Shown: positions 29,673 to 38,907 of the stretch, piece by piece
Layout of the letters: every line of letters begins with the position of its first letter
How positions within the stretch are numbered: position 1 is the stretch's first letter
Source: Puniceicoccales bacterium
Lineage (GTDB): Bacteria; Verrucomicrobiota; Verrucomicrobiia; Opitutales; JAIRLM01
Assembly (NCBI GenBank): GCA_031268795.1
Contig: JAIRWT010000001.1
Coordinates: 890-64,889 of the forward strand
Direction of reading: 5' to 3'
DNA: 64,000 nucleotides
The notes under the pieces: model-generated
Database searches by the model: none
What the model was told of the DNA's origin: nothing
Seen by the model: only the letters and a program-made list of their open reading frames with translations
Translations under genes and position numbers: made by a program

Positions 29673-30626
29673 TTACGCCTTCGGCTGACCAATACTTCGA
29701 TATCTGGCATAGCGCGCTTCGACGAGATCCTGTGGTGCGGTGGCGAAAAGGCCTTTCAAGTGCTTTGCGATGGCATCCTTAAGCGTATTCGCGGCCGCAT
29801 CATGGTCGAGATGAGCTCCACCTATTGGCTCGGATAAAATCTCATCGGCGATGGAAAAATTGATTAGTTGCTGTGGGCTCAGGCGTAATGCTTTCGCCGC
29901 CTCTGGTGCCTTAGTTCGATCGTTCCATAAAATCGCCGCACAACCTTCCGGGGAAATTACAGAATAGTAAGCATTTTCAAAAATAAGCAACCGATCAACG
30001 ACACCAATGCCCAATGCACCACCGGACCCACCCTCGCCAATAACCACTCCGATGATGGGAACCAATAATGTGCTCATTTCGCGAATGTTAATCGCAATGG
30101 CCTCCCCAATGTGCCGCTCCTCGGAACCTATACCCGGATAGGCACCGGATGTATCGATGAGGCACAGGATTGGCAGGGAAAATTTTTCAGCCAATTTCAT
30201 AGCCCGCAACGCCTTGCGATAACCCTCGGGATGTGGGCATCCGAAATTCCGCCGAATATTTTCCTTTACATTTCGTCCCTTTTGTTGACCGACAACCATC
30301 AGCGGAGTCCCTTGAAACATGGCCGGGCCACAGATCATTGCACCATCATCCCCAAAAAGCCGATCTCCGTGAATTTCTTCAAAATTGCAAAATAATCGCT
30401 CGATATAATCGATGGCGTAGGGTCGCTGCGGATGCCGAGCCAATTGGATGCGCTCCCAGATGCCTAGTTTCTCATAGGCATCCTTCCGCAGAGTCTCAAT
30501 TTTTCGCTCAATGGCCGCAATTTCTTCGGAAAAATCAATGTGCGACTCATGTGCTTGCCGTCGCAAATCTTCCAGTTGCTTTTCGAGCGTTAACAGCAGC
30601 CTTTCGAATGGTAAATGAATTCCCAT
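29673..30626 (-). CDS. accA: Acetyl-CoA carboxylase carboxyltransferase alpha subunit
   Basis: ARHPQRPYAIDYIERLF...HGDRLFGDDGAMICG...QKGRNVKENIRRNFGCPHPEGYRKALRAMKLAEKF..IDTSGAYPG. The start is at 30626 or 30644. Confidence 0.9.
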   Translation of the reverse strand: MGIHLPFERLLLTLEKQLEDLRRQAHESHIDFSEEIAAIERKIETLRKDAYEKLGIWERIQLARHPQRPYAIDYIERLFCNFEEIHGDRLFGDDGAMICGPAMFQGTPLMVVGQQKGRNVKENIRRNFGCPHPEGYRKALRAMKLAEKFSLPILCLIDTSGAYPGIGSEERHIGEAIAINIREMSTLLVPIIGVVIGEGGSGGALGIGVVDRLLIFENAYYSVISPEGCAAILWNDRTKAPEAAKALRLSPQQLINFSIADEILSEPIGGAHLDHDAAANTLKDAIAKHLKGLFATAPQDLVEARYARYRSIGQPKA

Positions 30627-30652
30627 TATCAAAAACCCTATCACTAATATAG

Positions 30653-31816
30653 TTATTTAACACTAAAAAACTGTTTTTTTCCAGCTTGAATAATCATCCC
30701 TGACGATATGATGTATTCCCCATCTAAAATGCGTTTATTGTCCACGCGAATGGCACCCTGCTCCAAGAGACGCCGAATTTCGTTCTTTCCACGAAAAGCC
30801 CCCGATAGCGCAAGTGCCTCGAGCAGGGACGCACCGCCAACCGATAAGACGATTTCCGTCATTTCCGTGGGGAGCTCGTTGCGGGAAAAAACCCGCTCAA
30901 ACTCCTCCCGTTTCCGCTCCGCAATATCATTCCCATAAAATCGCGCAACCAACCGCCATGCCAGATCCTTCTTTGCCTCCATGGGGTGCGTTTGGAATAT
31001 TCGCACGATTGCCTCCTCGGGTTCGCACAATAGAAGCTGATAATAATTCGGCATAATCTTGTCTGGAATGGACATAATTTTACCAAACATATCCTTAGCG
31101 GAATCGTTAAATGCGATATAGTTTCCGTAGCTTTTGGACATTTTGCGGACACCGTCGAGGCCAACTAACAATGGCATGCAAAGCACGGCCTGTTCCTCCA
31201 TGGCCCGATTTTTTTGCAAGGTTCGTGCCACGAGCATGTTAAACAATTGATCGCTTCCGCCCATCTCCAAATCGGCTTGGAGCATAACAGAATCGTAACC
31301 CTGGATCAGTGGATAAAGAAATTCCACGAGACTAATTGGCATTTTCTCGCGATAACGTTTAGCAAAGTCATCTCGCTCCATAAGCTGCGCAACGGTAATT
31401 TCCCGGGCCAATTGAAGCAGGTCCGCCAGTGACATTAGGCGATACCATTCGCTATTGTAGCGCACCTCCGTCAGCTTCGGATCCAAAATCTTAAATGCCT
31501 GATCCAGATATGTTTTTGCATTCTCCGTAATCTCATCGGCGGTCAAGACAGGCCGAGTGTCGGATCGACCCGATGGATCTCCAATGGTTGTGGTAAAATC
31601 TCCAATTAGGAAAATAGCCGTATGACCTAACTCTTGGAATTGCCGCAGTTTATTGAACACCACCAAATGCCCAAAGGTTAAATCCGGTCGAGTTGGGTCT
31701 ACGCCTAATTTAATGCGCAAATGTCGTCCACTGGCCAATTTTCGCTCGAGACCCTCACGATCAATCAATTCCTGCGTACCAGATATAATAACGTCAATTG
31801 GTCCTGGAGGATTCAT
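30653..31816 (-). CDS. tyrS: Tyrosine--tRNA ligase
   Basis: Class I motifs: HIGH-like TFGHL, and KMSKS. C-terminal S4-like domain. Confidence 0.9.
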   Translation of the reverse strand: MNPPGPIDVIISGTQELIDREGLERKLASGRHLRIKLGVDPTRPDLTFGHLVVFNKLRQFQELGHTAIFLIGDFTTTIGDPSGRSDTRPVLTADEITENAKTYLDQAFKILDPKLTEVRYNSEWYRLMSLADLLQLAREITVAQLMERDDFAKRYREKMPISLVEFLYPLIQGYDSVMLQADLEMGGSDQLFNMLVARTLQKNRAMEEQAVLCMPLLVGLDGVRKMSKSYGNYIAFNDSAKDMFGKIMSIPDKIMPNYYQLLLCEPEEAIVRIFQTHPMEAKKDLAWRLVARFYGNDIAERKREEFERVFSRNELPTEMTEIVLSVGGASLLEALALSGAFRGKNEIRRLLEQGAIRVDNKRILDGEYIISSGMIIQAGKKQFFSVK

Positions 31817-31915
31817 TGCCTGTCATCTACTCTTCCAATCGCGGTTTGTGCAAACTTTTTTGCAATACATTCCACTCGGACGAAACCAATTTAACCCCCT
31901 CATAAAAGATTAAAT

Positions 31916-32797
31916 TCAGTCGGCATTGACGGTTAGATCGCATGGAATTTTGTGTCGTAGCCAGGTATGCTGTTTGTGCGCCAACTGTCTCGTATGGATA
32001 AAAATTCGTTCGGCTAATTCTTCTTCGCGGATATCCCCATTCAAATGGGCCAAAATTTCCCGATAGCCAACCGCCCGGCTGAGTGTTGGGTGCTGCTCCA
32101 ATCCATTTTTGCGCAATTGAATAACTTCTTCAATGAAACCATTTTGCAACATATCGTCTATGCGCTTTTTGAGGCCACGCCCCCAATCTTCCTGCGGTCG
32201 CACCACGCGGACGGTAATTTTTGGAATGTGGTCAAATGGCCCAACCAATCGCTCGAAAGCGTTGCGCAATTTTTCCACCGACTGTCCAGACGCCATGCAT
32301 CGCTCCAGGGCGCGCTGCGCGCGAATTGGATTTTGAGTCAATTCCAATGGTAAACATGGATTATATTCTAGCAATTTGGCTATAATGGTCGCCATGCCAC
32401 CCGTCTGCCACAATTTGCGTACGGTTATGCGGACTTGCGGCGTGACATTTACTGCGTCAAAGACAGCCCTATAGAAACTTAGCAGATAAAACCCACTACC
32501 GCCTACGACGAAAACGTCCCTTCCCCGCGCCCAAATTTCGTCCACAATACGTTTGGCATAGATCACAAACCGCTCCACGCTAAAGCACTCATCCAATTCA
32601 GCTAAATCAAGGCCATGGTGCGAGACTCCCCGCCGCTCTTCTTCCGTAATTTTGGCAGTGCCGATGTCGAGGCCTCGGTAAAATTGAGTGGAATCGCAGG
32701 AAAGAATCTCCCCATCAACCCGCTTAGCCAATTCAACGGCAACGGATGATTTGCCCGAACCGGTGACGCCGGTGATAACATGGAGTGATCGCGTCAT
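31916..32797 (-). CDS. miaA: tRNA dimethylallyltransferase
   Basis: VITGVTGSGKSSVAVELA...ILSCDSTQFYRGLDIGTAK. ATG at 32797 overlaps the upstream stop (ATGA at 32794-32797). Confidence 0.9.
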   Translation of the reverse strand: MTRSLHVITGVTGSGKSSVAVELAKRVDGEILSCDSTQFYRGLDIGTAKITEEERRGVSHHGLDLAELDECFSVERFVIYAKRIVDEIWARGRDVFVVGGSGFYLLSFYRAVFDAVNVTPQVRITVRKLWQTGGMATIIAKLLEYNPCLPLELTQNPIRAQRALERCMASGQSVEKLRNAFERLVGPFDHIPKITVRVVRPQEDWGRGLKKRIDDMLQNGFIEEVIQLRKNGLEQHPTLSRAVGYREILAHLNGDIREEELAERIFIHTRQLAHKQHTWLRHKIPCDLTVNAD

Positions 32798-33561
32798 ATG
32801 GAGTCGGATAGGGACGTAACAGCCAATAACGTGATCACAAGAAAAATAGATGGCCAAAGGAGCTGCATCGGGTGCGTGTGCATCACTTGCAGTCCATCAA
32901 CGATCATATTGCCCCAAGAGCTGTATGGCGGCTGAATACCTACCCCAAGGAAACTAAGAAATGCTTCCACGAGAATGGCATTTGCTGCAAGCAACAGCGC
33001 GTAGTGGCGCACGATTGCCGCCATATTCGGTAAAATATGAAACAAAATAACACGCCAATGGGCTTGTCCCATGCGAATGGAGGCATTGACAAAATCCTGT
33101 CCACACAATTCCAAGGTCCTGGCCCGCACAACCCGCGCGAATGAAAACCACTCGGTGGAACCGATCGCCAGACAGAGAATCAGCAGGCCAGAGCCAAAGC
33201 AGGCCATAAGTAACAACGTTAGCATAGTAAGTGGTAGCGCCTGGCATACGTCCACCAATCGCATGAGCCAATAATCGATCCGATTTCCGGAATACCCAGA
33301 CAGCAGCCCAACACCAAGGGCCAAGACTGTGGCAAGCGCCGTTGCCATAAAGCCGACGGTTAAAGAAACACACCCGCCGGTCAATAGGCGCATCAACAAA
33401 TCGCGGCCCAACAAATCCGTGCCCAGCGAATGGCCCATGGAAGGTCCTTGGGAAATAGCGCCCATGTCCTGGCATATGGCGCACGCGCGAAATCCAAACG
33501 ATCCCATGCATGCGGCTATGAGAACAATCAGCCAAATGATTTGCCAACGAAAACGTATCAT
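32794..33561 (-). CDS. ABC transporter permease (DppC/OppC-like), without adjacent partner subunits
   Basis: HSLGTDLLGRDLLMRLLTGG and a six-TM profile typical of peptide/nickel ABC permeases. No ATPase or substrate-binding gene is nearby. Confidence 0.75.
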   Translation of the reverse strand: MIRFRWQIIWLIVLIAACMGSFGFRACAICQDMGAISQGPSMGHSLGTDLLGRDLLMRLLTGGCVSLTVGFMATALATVLALGVGLLSGYSGNRIDYWLMRLVDVCQALPLTMLTLLLMACFGSGLLILCLAIGSTEWFSFARVVRARTLELCGQDFVNASIRMGQAHWRVILFHILPNMAAIVRHYALLLAANAILVEAFLSFLGVGIQPPYSSWGNMIVDGLQVMHTHPMQLLWPSIFLVITLLAVTSLSDSI

Positions 33562-33563
33562 TT

Positions 33564-33878
33564 CTATTGGAGTAAGGACCGCAATTTTTGTGCCAATTCA
33601 TCCTTGGTACGCGCACCTGAAAGACGCTCCACCGGTTGCCCATTTTTGAAAAAAATAAGCGCGGGAATTGATTGAATACCAAATGCCTCCGCAACTTCCG
33701 GCGATTGATCCACATCCACCTTGGCAATTCCGGCAACGCCGAAAAATTCTTCGCGTAGAGCCTCTATTACTGGTGCCATGGCTCTGCATGGCCCACACCA
33801 ACTGGCGTGAAAATCCACAAGCACCACATGATTAGCTGCGATAAATTTTGGAAACGCTTCCTGGCTTATGTCAATCAT
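33564..33878 (-). CDS. trxA: Thioredoxin
   Basis: VLVDFHASWCGPCRAMAPV...QSIPALIFFKNGQPV. ATG at 33878 (105 aa) avoids overlap with the upstream gene. Confidence 0.92.
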   Translation of the reverse strand: MIDISQEAFPKFIAANHVVLVDFHASWCGPCRAMAPVIEALREEFFGVAGIAKVDVDQSPEVAEAFGIQSIPALIFFKNGQPVERLSGARTKDELAQKLRSLLQ

Positions 33879-33928
33879 ACAAATTTCTCCCCAGCAATTC
33901 ATCAACGGTAAAGCATTGCAGGCGTTGG

Positions 33929-35893
33929 TCAATCCCCGTGTTTCAATTGTGGTTGCATGCGTCCGTATTCTGAAAACCCGTAACAAACAGCTTGATTGTC
34001 TGTAAGAGTAGTGGCCACGGCTGACAAATCAGTCTTCCGCGGGAAAGTGGAAACTTCTGAAAATTCAACCGGTAATGCCAGTCCAATTGCCAACATACGA
34101 CTTTTCAGCTCTTCGTAATCTTCTTTCACAATTGTTGGCGGGACGTGCCTTCCTCCAGCCAAAGGACCAGCACATTCCCAGAACGACAACTTGGTAAATG
34201 GATCAAGCAAACGCCTTTGCCAGTCTCGCGCATCTTGCTCGTCCAGAGAACCCAAAATGCGGTCAATCTCAGCCCATAGTAATTTCAAACCATTGCCATG
34301 GAACATACTACTTCTTTTTATTACTTCGCCCTCGTCGTCTACTGCTAGGTCTTGACCGTGGGCTACAAAGAGCGCTTCAGAAAAATTTGTTGAATGGCAT
34401 GCTGCATTTGATGGCTGCGGGCTCTGGCAAAGAAAATTGAGAGCACGCTCCGCCGTTTGTTTTTGCGTCTCACCGCGGCGTGGAGAAAAAATCCAATCCA
34501 AAGATTTTGTTGTTAGATGCTGTATCCAAAATGTGTGGAGGCAAAAAGATCCAGGCACATGAAATCCAATGTAAGGTTCCCACGGCTGCCGTTCCTGGCT
34601 CATGTATTCAGCGGCAATTTGTTTGCCCGAATCTCCTTGCTGGAAAAGAAGGTCATGAACTACTATGGATATGTTCGTAAAATGTTCTCGTTGCTGTCTT
34701 TCGTGTAATTCAGCAAGCATTAAAAAAGGATTATAAACGCAATACTTACAGGCTGAAAGAACATTCCCGATTTTCACATTTTTCAATGATCGAAAATGGT
34801 GTTGATAATCACATTTGACTTTTTGTTGCTTGCTGTATTCGTCGAAATTTTGTTCAGCATGTTTTTCAAACCATTCTACGACAAATGGCTTAATTCCAGC
34901 GAGTTCTTCGGGAAATTCTCCCTTCTTGCCGCCAAAATACCACTCTTCAGCTTTACCCATACACTGCACGAAATAAACTATTAACATTTCATACAGCGGG
35001 CACGGCGCCATAATCGTCTCGCCGGCACGCGGTTCTTTGGTAATTACGCGGCAACGGCTGCGAGCGACGTCCGCAACGACGGCGTCTACGTTTAGAGTTA
35101 ATCTGGTTTTAGCTTCGGCCGCATCACTAGTTTCGTTTGTATCGCAATTTCCATTACCCAATGCGCAAACGATTAATTGCGATATTTCCTCGTCATTATT
35201 CAGCACATTGCGCAACTTAAGTATATCCAACACCTTAGGCATGCGCAGAAGTTGTAGTGCAACAACTGGATCTTCCTCATCCCTGGCTTTGACGACAACA
35301 GCTTGTATTTCCTCGAGATCGCAACACGCAATGACCTCTGACACAAATCGTTCAACTTTTTTACGATCGACGCATATCATATTCTTGTGCATTCCTACGG
35401 AAATTGGTGGCCTAATTAACGTCGGTTCCGGAATTGCTTCCGGCTTTTCAATTTCTACGGGAATTTCTACGGAAATTGGCGGTATGATCGAAATCGGCTC
35501 CGGAATTACCTTCGGCTCTTTATCTTCACCCAAAGTATCCGATGGCGAAATCTCACCCTGCGGATCTTTATTCATTGGATCGGCCGGTAAACCAGAAGTT
35601 TCGGATGGCGATTGGATTCCGGCCCGTGTAGGCCTATCCTTCCTTTGAAAAATACAAAATGCGAGAATTCTGAAATGCATTGCATCAATCACATTGTTTT
35701 CCAGATCATGCCATCCGGTGAATTTGCATAAGACTACCAAAAGCACTAAAAATGGATAGCTAAGCGCATTCACGGCAACGGTTAAAGTTTTCATGGCTAT
35801 GGATTGCGATCCCGGGCGTCTCGCCGCTGAGGCAGCACGTGTTCTAATAAAAGATTTCGACGCCCGGCTGGGGCGACTTACATCATTATTCAT
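33929..35893 (-). CDS. Unknown-family protein, paralogue of 49261-51303; N-terminal TM plus Pro/Ile-rich repeat
   Basis: 654 aa. Shares ...LQLL.(M/I)P..L..LK....L...AEEWYFG...GEFPEELAGI...WF...AE.NF...Y..HFR... and the C-terminal ~450 aa with the 680-aa ORF. Confidence 0.7.
   Translation of the reverse strand: MNNDVSRPSRASKSFIRTRAASAARRPGSQSIAMKTLTVAVNALSYPFLVLLVVLCKFTGWHDLENNVIDAMHFRILAFCIFQRKDRPTRAGIQSPSETSGLPADPMNKDPQGEISPSDTLGEDKEPKVIPEPISIIPPISVEIPVEIEKPEAIPEPTLIRPPISVGMHKNMICVDRKKVERFVSEVIACCDLEEIQAVVVKARDEEDPVVALQLLRMPKVLDILKLRNVLNNDEEISQLIVCALGNGNCDTNETSDAAEAKTRLTLNVDAVVADVARSRCRVITKEPRAGETIMAPCPLYEMLIVYFVQCMGKAEEWYFGGKKGEFPEELAGIKPFVVEWFEKHAEQNFDEYSKQQKVKCDYQHHFRSLKNVKIGNVLSACKYCVYNPFLMLAELHERQQREHFTNISIVVHDLLFQQGDSGKQIAAEYMSQERQPWEPYIGFHVPGSFCLHTFWIQHLTTKSLDWIFSPRRGETQKQTAERALNFLCQSPQPSNAACHSTNFSEALFVAHGQDLAVDDEGEVIKRSSMFHGNGLKLLWAEIDRILGSLDEQDARDWQRRLLDPFTKLSFWECAGPLAGGRHVPPTIVKEDYEELKSRMLAIGLALPVEFSEVSTFPRKTDLSAVATTLTDNQAVCYGFSEYGRMQPQLKHGD
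35395..35516 (-). repeat. In-frame tandem duplication (72-bp period, two copies) in the 654-aa gene
   Basis: ctacggaaattggtggcctaattaacgtcggttccggaattgcttccggc (35395-35444) against ctacggaaattggcggtatgatcgaaatcggctccggaattaccttcggc (35467-35516). It encodes IPEP..I.PPISV twice. Confidence 0.8.
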
Positions 35894-35977
35894 AATAATG
35901 CAATTATTATCGGTGATTACATCGCTTTCAACAAGTAAATTTTAACGCCAGTGCGCATGCATGCGGCAAAATGACAT

Positions 35978-38104
35978 TTGATTTTGCAAAATACGCCGGG
36001 ATACTTAGATGGATCATGGAGGAATCGGGTGACTAAGATTAGATATCCAATTGAATGGACAATATTTACGGCAGATTATCTGAAGGTAGCTATTCCGGAA
36101 GCGATTGCCCGGGCACAAGAAAACCTTGATGCCGTTACAGCCATACCAGTTGATCTTTGCACCTTTGCTAATGTCGTTGAAGCACTTGAGTCCGCTACGG
36201 AGCCACTCGATTATACGTGGGCCTGCGCGTCGCATCTTGATACGGTAACCAATGGCGATGAGCTTCGCGCCATATATAATGAATACTTATCGGAGGTGAC
36301 ACAATTTTATGGGAACATCGTGCTCAATGAAGAGCTTTGGGAACGAGTCCGCGCCGTTTACTTATGTGGATTTGATGGCTTAACACAAATTCAAAGGCGC
36401 CTCATTGAGGAAATTCATTTAGATTTTTTGGAAAACGGCGCAAACCTTCCGCCAGAGAAAAAAGTGCGCCTGCGTGAAATTAAGCGGGATTTGGCGCGGA
36501 AAACACAAAAATATTCGGAAAATGTACTAGATGCCATGGACAAATGGGAAAAAATTATTCCCGAAGAGAATGAATCAATTTTGTCCGGCCTGCCGACGAC
36601 GATTTTGAAAATTCTCCGCACAAACGCTGAGCAAAAGGGGCATGCCAATGCCTATAGACTTACCCTACAGGAGGTGGTTTATAGCCCGGCAATGCGTTAT
36701 CTGGAATCGGATGATCTGCGTCGCGAATTGTGGTCCGCATACAACACCCTCGGTGATGGGGGGCCATACAACAATGGTCCGCTCATTGGGGAAATTTTGT
36801 CGCTGCGTAGAGAAAAGGCACAATTGCTCGGCAAGAATAACTTTCCAGACTTCATTCTCTCCCGGCGGATGGCCAAAACCGGGGCGGCGGCACTAAGTTT
36901 CACCGAAGATTTACATCGCAAGGTCCTGCCGCATTTTCTCCGAGAAATCGCACGCCTTGAGTCATTCAAACGTGAACTAGACCATAATGCGTCGGGTGAT
37001 CGACTGGAACCTTGGCAATTGGCGTATTTATCCGAAAAGCTTTGTCGTAAATTGCACAATTTTGACCGGGAAGAGCTGCGGCCATTTTTCCCTATGGACG
37101 CCGTCTTGTCGGGACTATTTCAAACATTACAGCGACTATATGGTATTACTTTTCAATCATTGCCAATAACAACGGAGCCACACGGAAATTCCAATGAAAT
37201 TCCCGTGTGGCATGGGGATGTGCGGTATTATGACGTGCGAGAAAGTGATGGAAAGTTATTGGGGTCATTCTACTTGGATCTCTTTCCTCGGGAAGGTAAA
37301 CGTTCCGGGGCATGGATGGAGGATTCTCTGCGCCAGGGGCATCTGAAAAATGGTGAATGGATACCGCCGATTGGCTTTGTTGCAGCCAATTTAACTCCTC
37401 CGACTGGAGATCAACCGTCATTACTGACTCACTACGAGGTGGAAACACTTTTCCATGAATTTGGCCATCTTATGCATCATTTGATGGGAAAGGTGAACTA
37501 CGCCTCACTCAACGGGTGTAATGTTGCATTGGATTTCGTTGAGCTACCATCTCAAATTTTAGAAAATTGGGTTTGGGAGCTTGAAGCACTCAACCTATTT
37601 GCACACCATTACGAAAGCCAGAACCCCATGCCCCTGGAGCTTTTCCAAAAAATGCTGTCGGCGCGAAATCATCTCATTGCCATTGTAATTATGCGCCAAT
37701 TGGCACTCCAAAAAATGGATTTGGAATTGCATATTTCCTATGTCGATGGCGATTTGGATGAATTCATCGATGGCGCCACTGCTTTGTATGCGGTTCCCTA
37801 TGCGACCAAACCACTCTCGATCGTGCGGCATTTTAATCATCTCTTTAGCGGGCCCACGGGATATGCAGCCGCCTATTACTCCTATAAATGGGCGGAAGTG
37901 TTGGATGCCGATGCCTTCACCCGCTTTCGGAATGAGGGCATTTTTAATGAAGCGGTAGCCAGAAATTTTCGCCAAGAAATTTTAGCGCGCGGAAATTCCG
38001 AATTTCCTGATGTTTTCTACCATGGGTTCATGGGCCGGGAACCAAGTCTGGATGCATTTCTGCATCGCTATGGCCTAGATGCTAACCCGGTAGAATCTTG
38101 TTGA
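35978..38104 (+). CDS. M3-family zinc oligopeptidase (oligopeptidase A / dipeptidyl carboxypeptidase-like)
   Basis: HEFGHLMHH zinc motif, 708 aa, M3-type length and layout. TTG start. Confidence 0.85.
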   Translation: MILQNTPGYLDGSWRNRVTKIRYPIEWTIFTADYLKVAIPEAIARAQENLDAVTAIPVDLCTFANVVEALESATEPLDYTWACASHLDTVTNGDELRAIYNEYLSEVTQFYGNIVLNEELWERVRAVYLCGFDGLTQIQRRLIEEIHLDFLENGANLPPEKKVRLREIKRDLARKTQKYSENVLDAMDKWEKIIPEENESILSGLPTTILKILRTNAEQKGHANAYRLTLQEVVYSPAMRYLESDDLRRELWSAYNTLGDGGPYNNGPLIGEILSLRREKAQLLGKNNFPDFILSRRMAKTGAAALSFTEDLHRKVLPHFLREIARLESFKRELDHNASGDRLEPWQLAYLSEKLCRKLHNFDREELRPFFPMDAVLSGLFQTLQRLYGITFQSLPITTEPHGNSNEIPVWHGDVRYYDVRESDGKLLGSFYLDLFPREGKRSGAWMEDSLRQGHLKNGEWIPPIGFVAANLTPPTGDQPSLLTHYEVETLFHEFGHLMHHLMGKVNYASLNGCNVALDFVELPSQILENWVWELEALNLFAHHYESQNPMPLELFQKMLSARNHLIAIVIMRQLALQKMDLELHISYVDGDLDEFIDGATALYAVPYATKPLSIVRHFNHLFSGPTGYAAAYYSYKWAEVLDADAFTRFRNEGIFNEAVARNFRQEILARGNSEFPDVFYHGFMGREPSLDAFLHRYGLDANPVESC

Positions 38105-38135
38105 GAACACACGAAGGACAAGTTAGTTCTCACAT

Positions 38136-38564
38136 ATGCGCGATTGGCAGGATTTATATCAGGAGGTTATTTTGGAACATAACCGAAATCCGCAAAACTT
38201 TGGCGTACTTTCAACCCCCGATCGCGTTGCCAGAGGATATAATGCCAATTGCGGGGATGACATCTGCTTATTTCTTAAATTGTCCGGCGATGATATTGAG
38301 GAAATCAAATTTTCCGGGGAAGGTTGTGCCATTGCACGGGCCTCGGCTTCACTGCTTACCTTGGCCGTGGAAAAAATGTCAAAATCTCAGGCCCAGCAAA
38401 AGGCGGAGGAGATGCTTGCACTTTTAACGGGGAAAAAAGCGGAATCGGATTCCGCTCCATGCCTGCGATCCCAACTTCCCCTTCTCGGCGTGCGCAAATT
38501 CCCCATGCGCATAAAATGTGCAACCTTACCATGGCATGCGCTCTTGGAAGCGCTGGCCGGCTAG
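38136..38564 (+). CDS. Fe-S cluster assembly scaffold, SufU/IscU-like
   Basis: [17 protein letters not shown]...NANCGDDI...[14 protein letters not shown]...[11 protein letters not shown] (three conserved Cys). Confidence 0.8.
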   Translation: MRDWQDLYQEVILEHNRNPQNFGVLSTPDRVARGYNANCGDDICLFLKLSGDDIEEIKFSGEGCAIARASASLLTLAVEKMSKSQAQQKAEEMLALLTGKKAESDSAPCLRSQLPLLGVRKFPMRIKCATLPWHALLEALAG

Positions 38565-38830
38565 CGACGACGAGGACCGAAACTGCGCATGGGAGCTTTA
38601 TGTGGCGTAAATGCAATGCGTAATCGATGGGTAATTCGCGCTTTTTCAACATCCTGGGGACTAATTTCCATGCGCACCATGTCGCCAACGGTAAATTTGA
38701 TAAAATTTTTACGAAGCTTCCCCGAAATATGTGCAAGGACTCGGTGTCCGTTCTTCAACTCCACGCGAAACATCGTTCCCGGGAGTACCGCCACCACTTT
38801 ACCTTCTACTTCCACATATTCCAACGCCAT
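38561..38830 (-). CDS. infA: Translation initiation factor IF-1 with a ~15-aa basic C-terminal extension
   Basis: [62 protein letters not shown]. Confidence 0.9.
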   Translation of the reverse strand: MALEYVEVEGKVVAVLPGTMFRVELKNGHRVLAHISGKLRKNFIKFTVGDMVRMEISPQDVEKARITHRLRIAFTPHKAPMRSFGPRRR

Positions 38831-38907
38831 ATAAAAACTATCCTGTTTCTATTTTTTTATCAAATTTGTCAAGTTTCCATTCGTAAAAAACTTCTCCGCG
38901 AAAAGTC

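Noticed and set aside
32954-33736. 260-aa minus-strand ORF overlapping the permease and thioredoxin genes
   Set aside because: It is an alternative frame of two well-supported genes (the WCGPC thioredoxin and the DppC-like permease). Its translation is Arg/Trp/Cys-rich and unlike a real protein.
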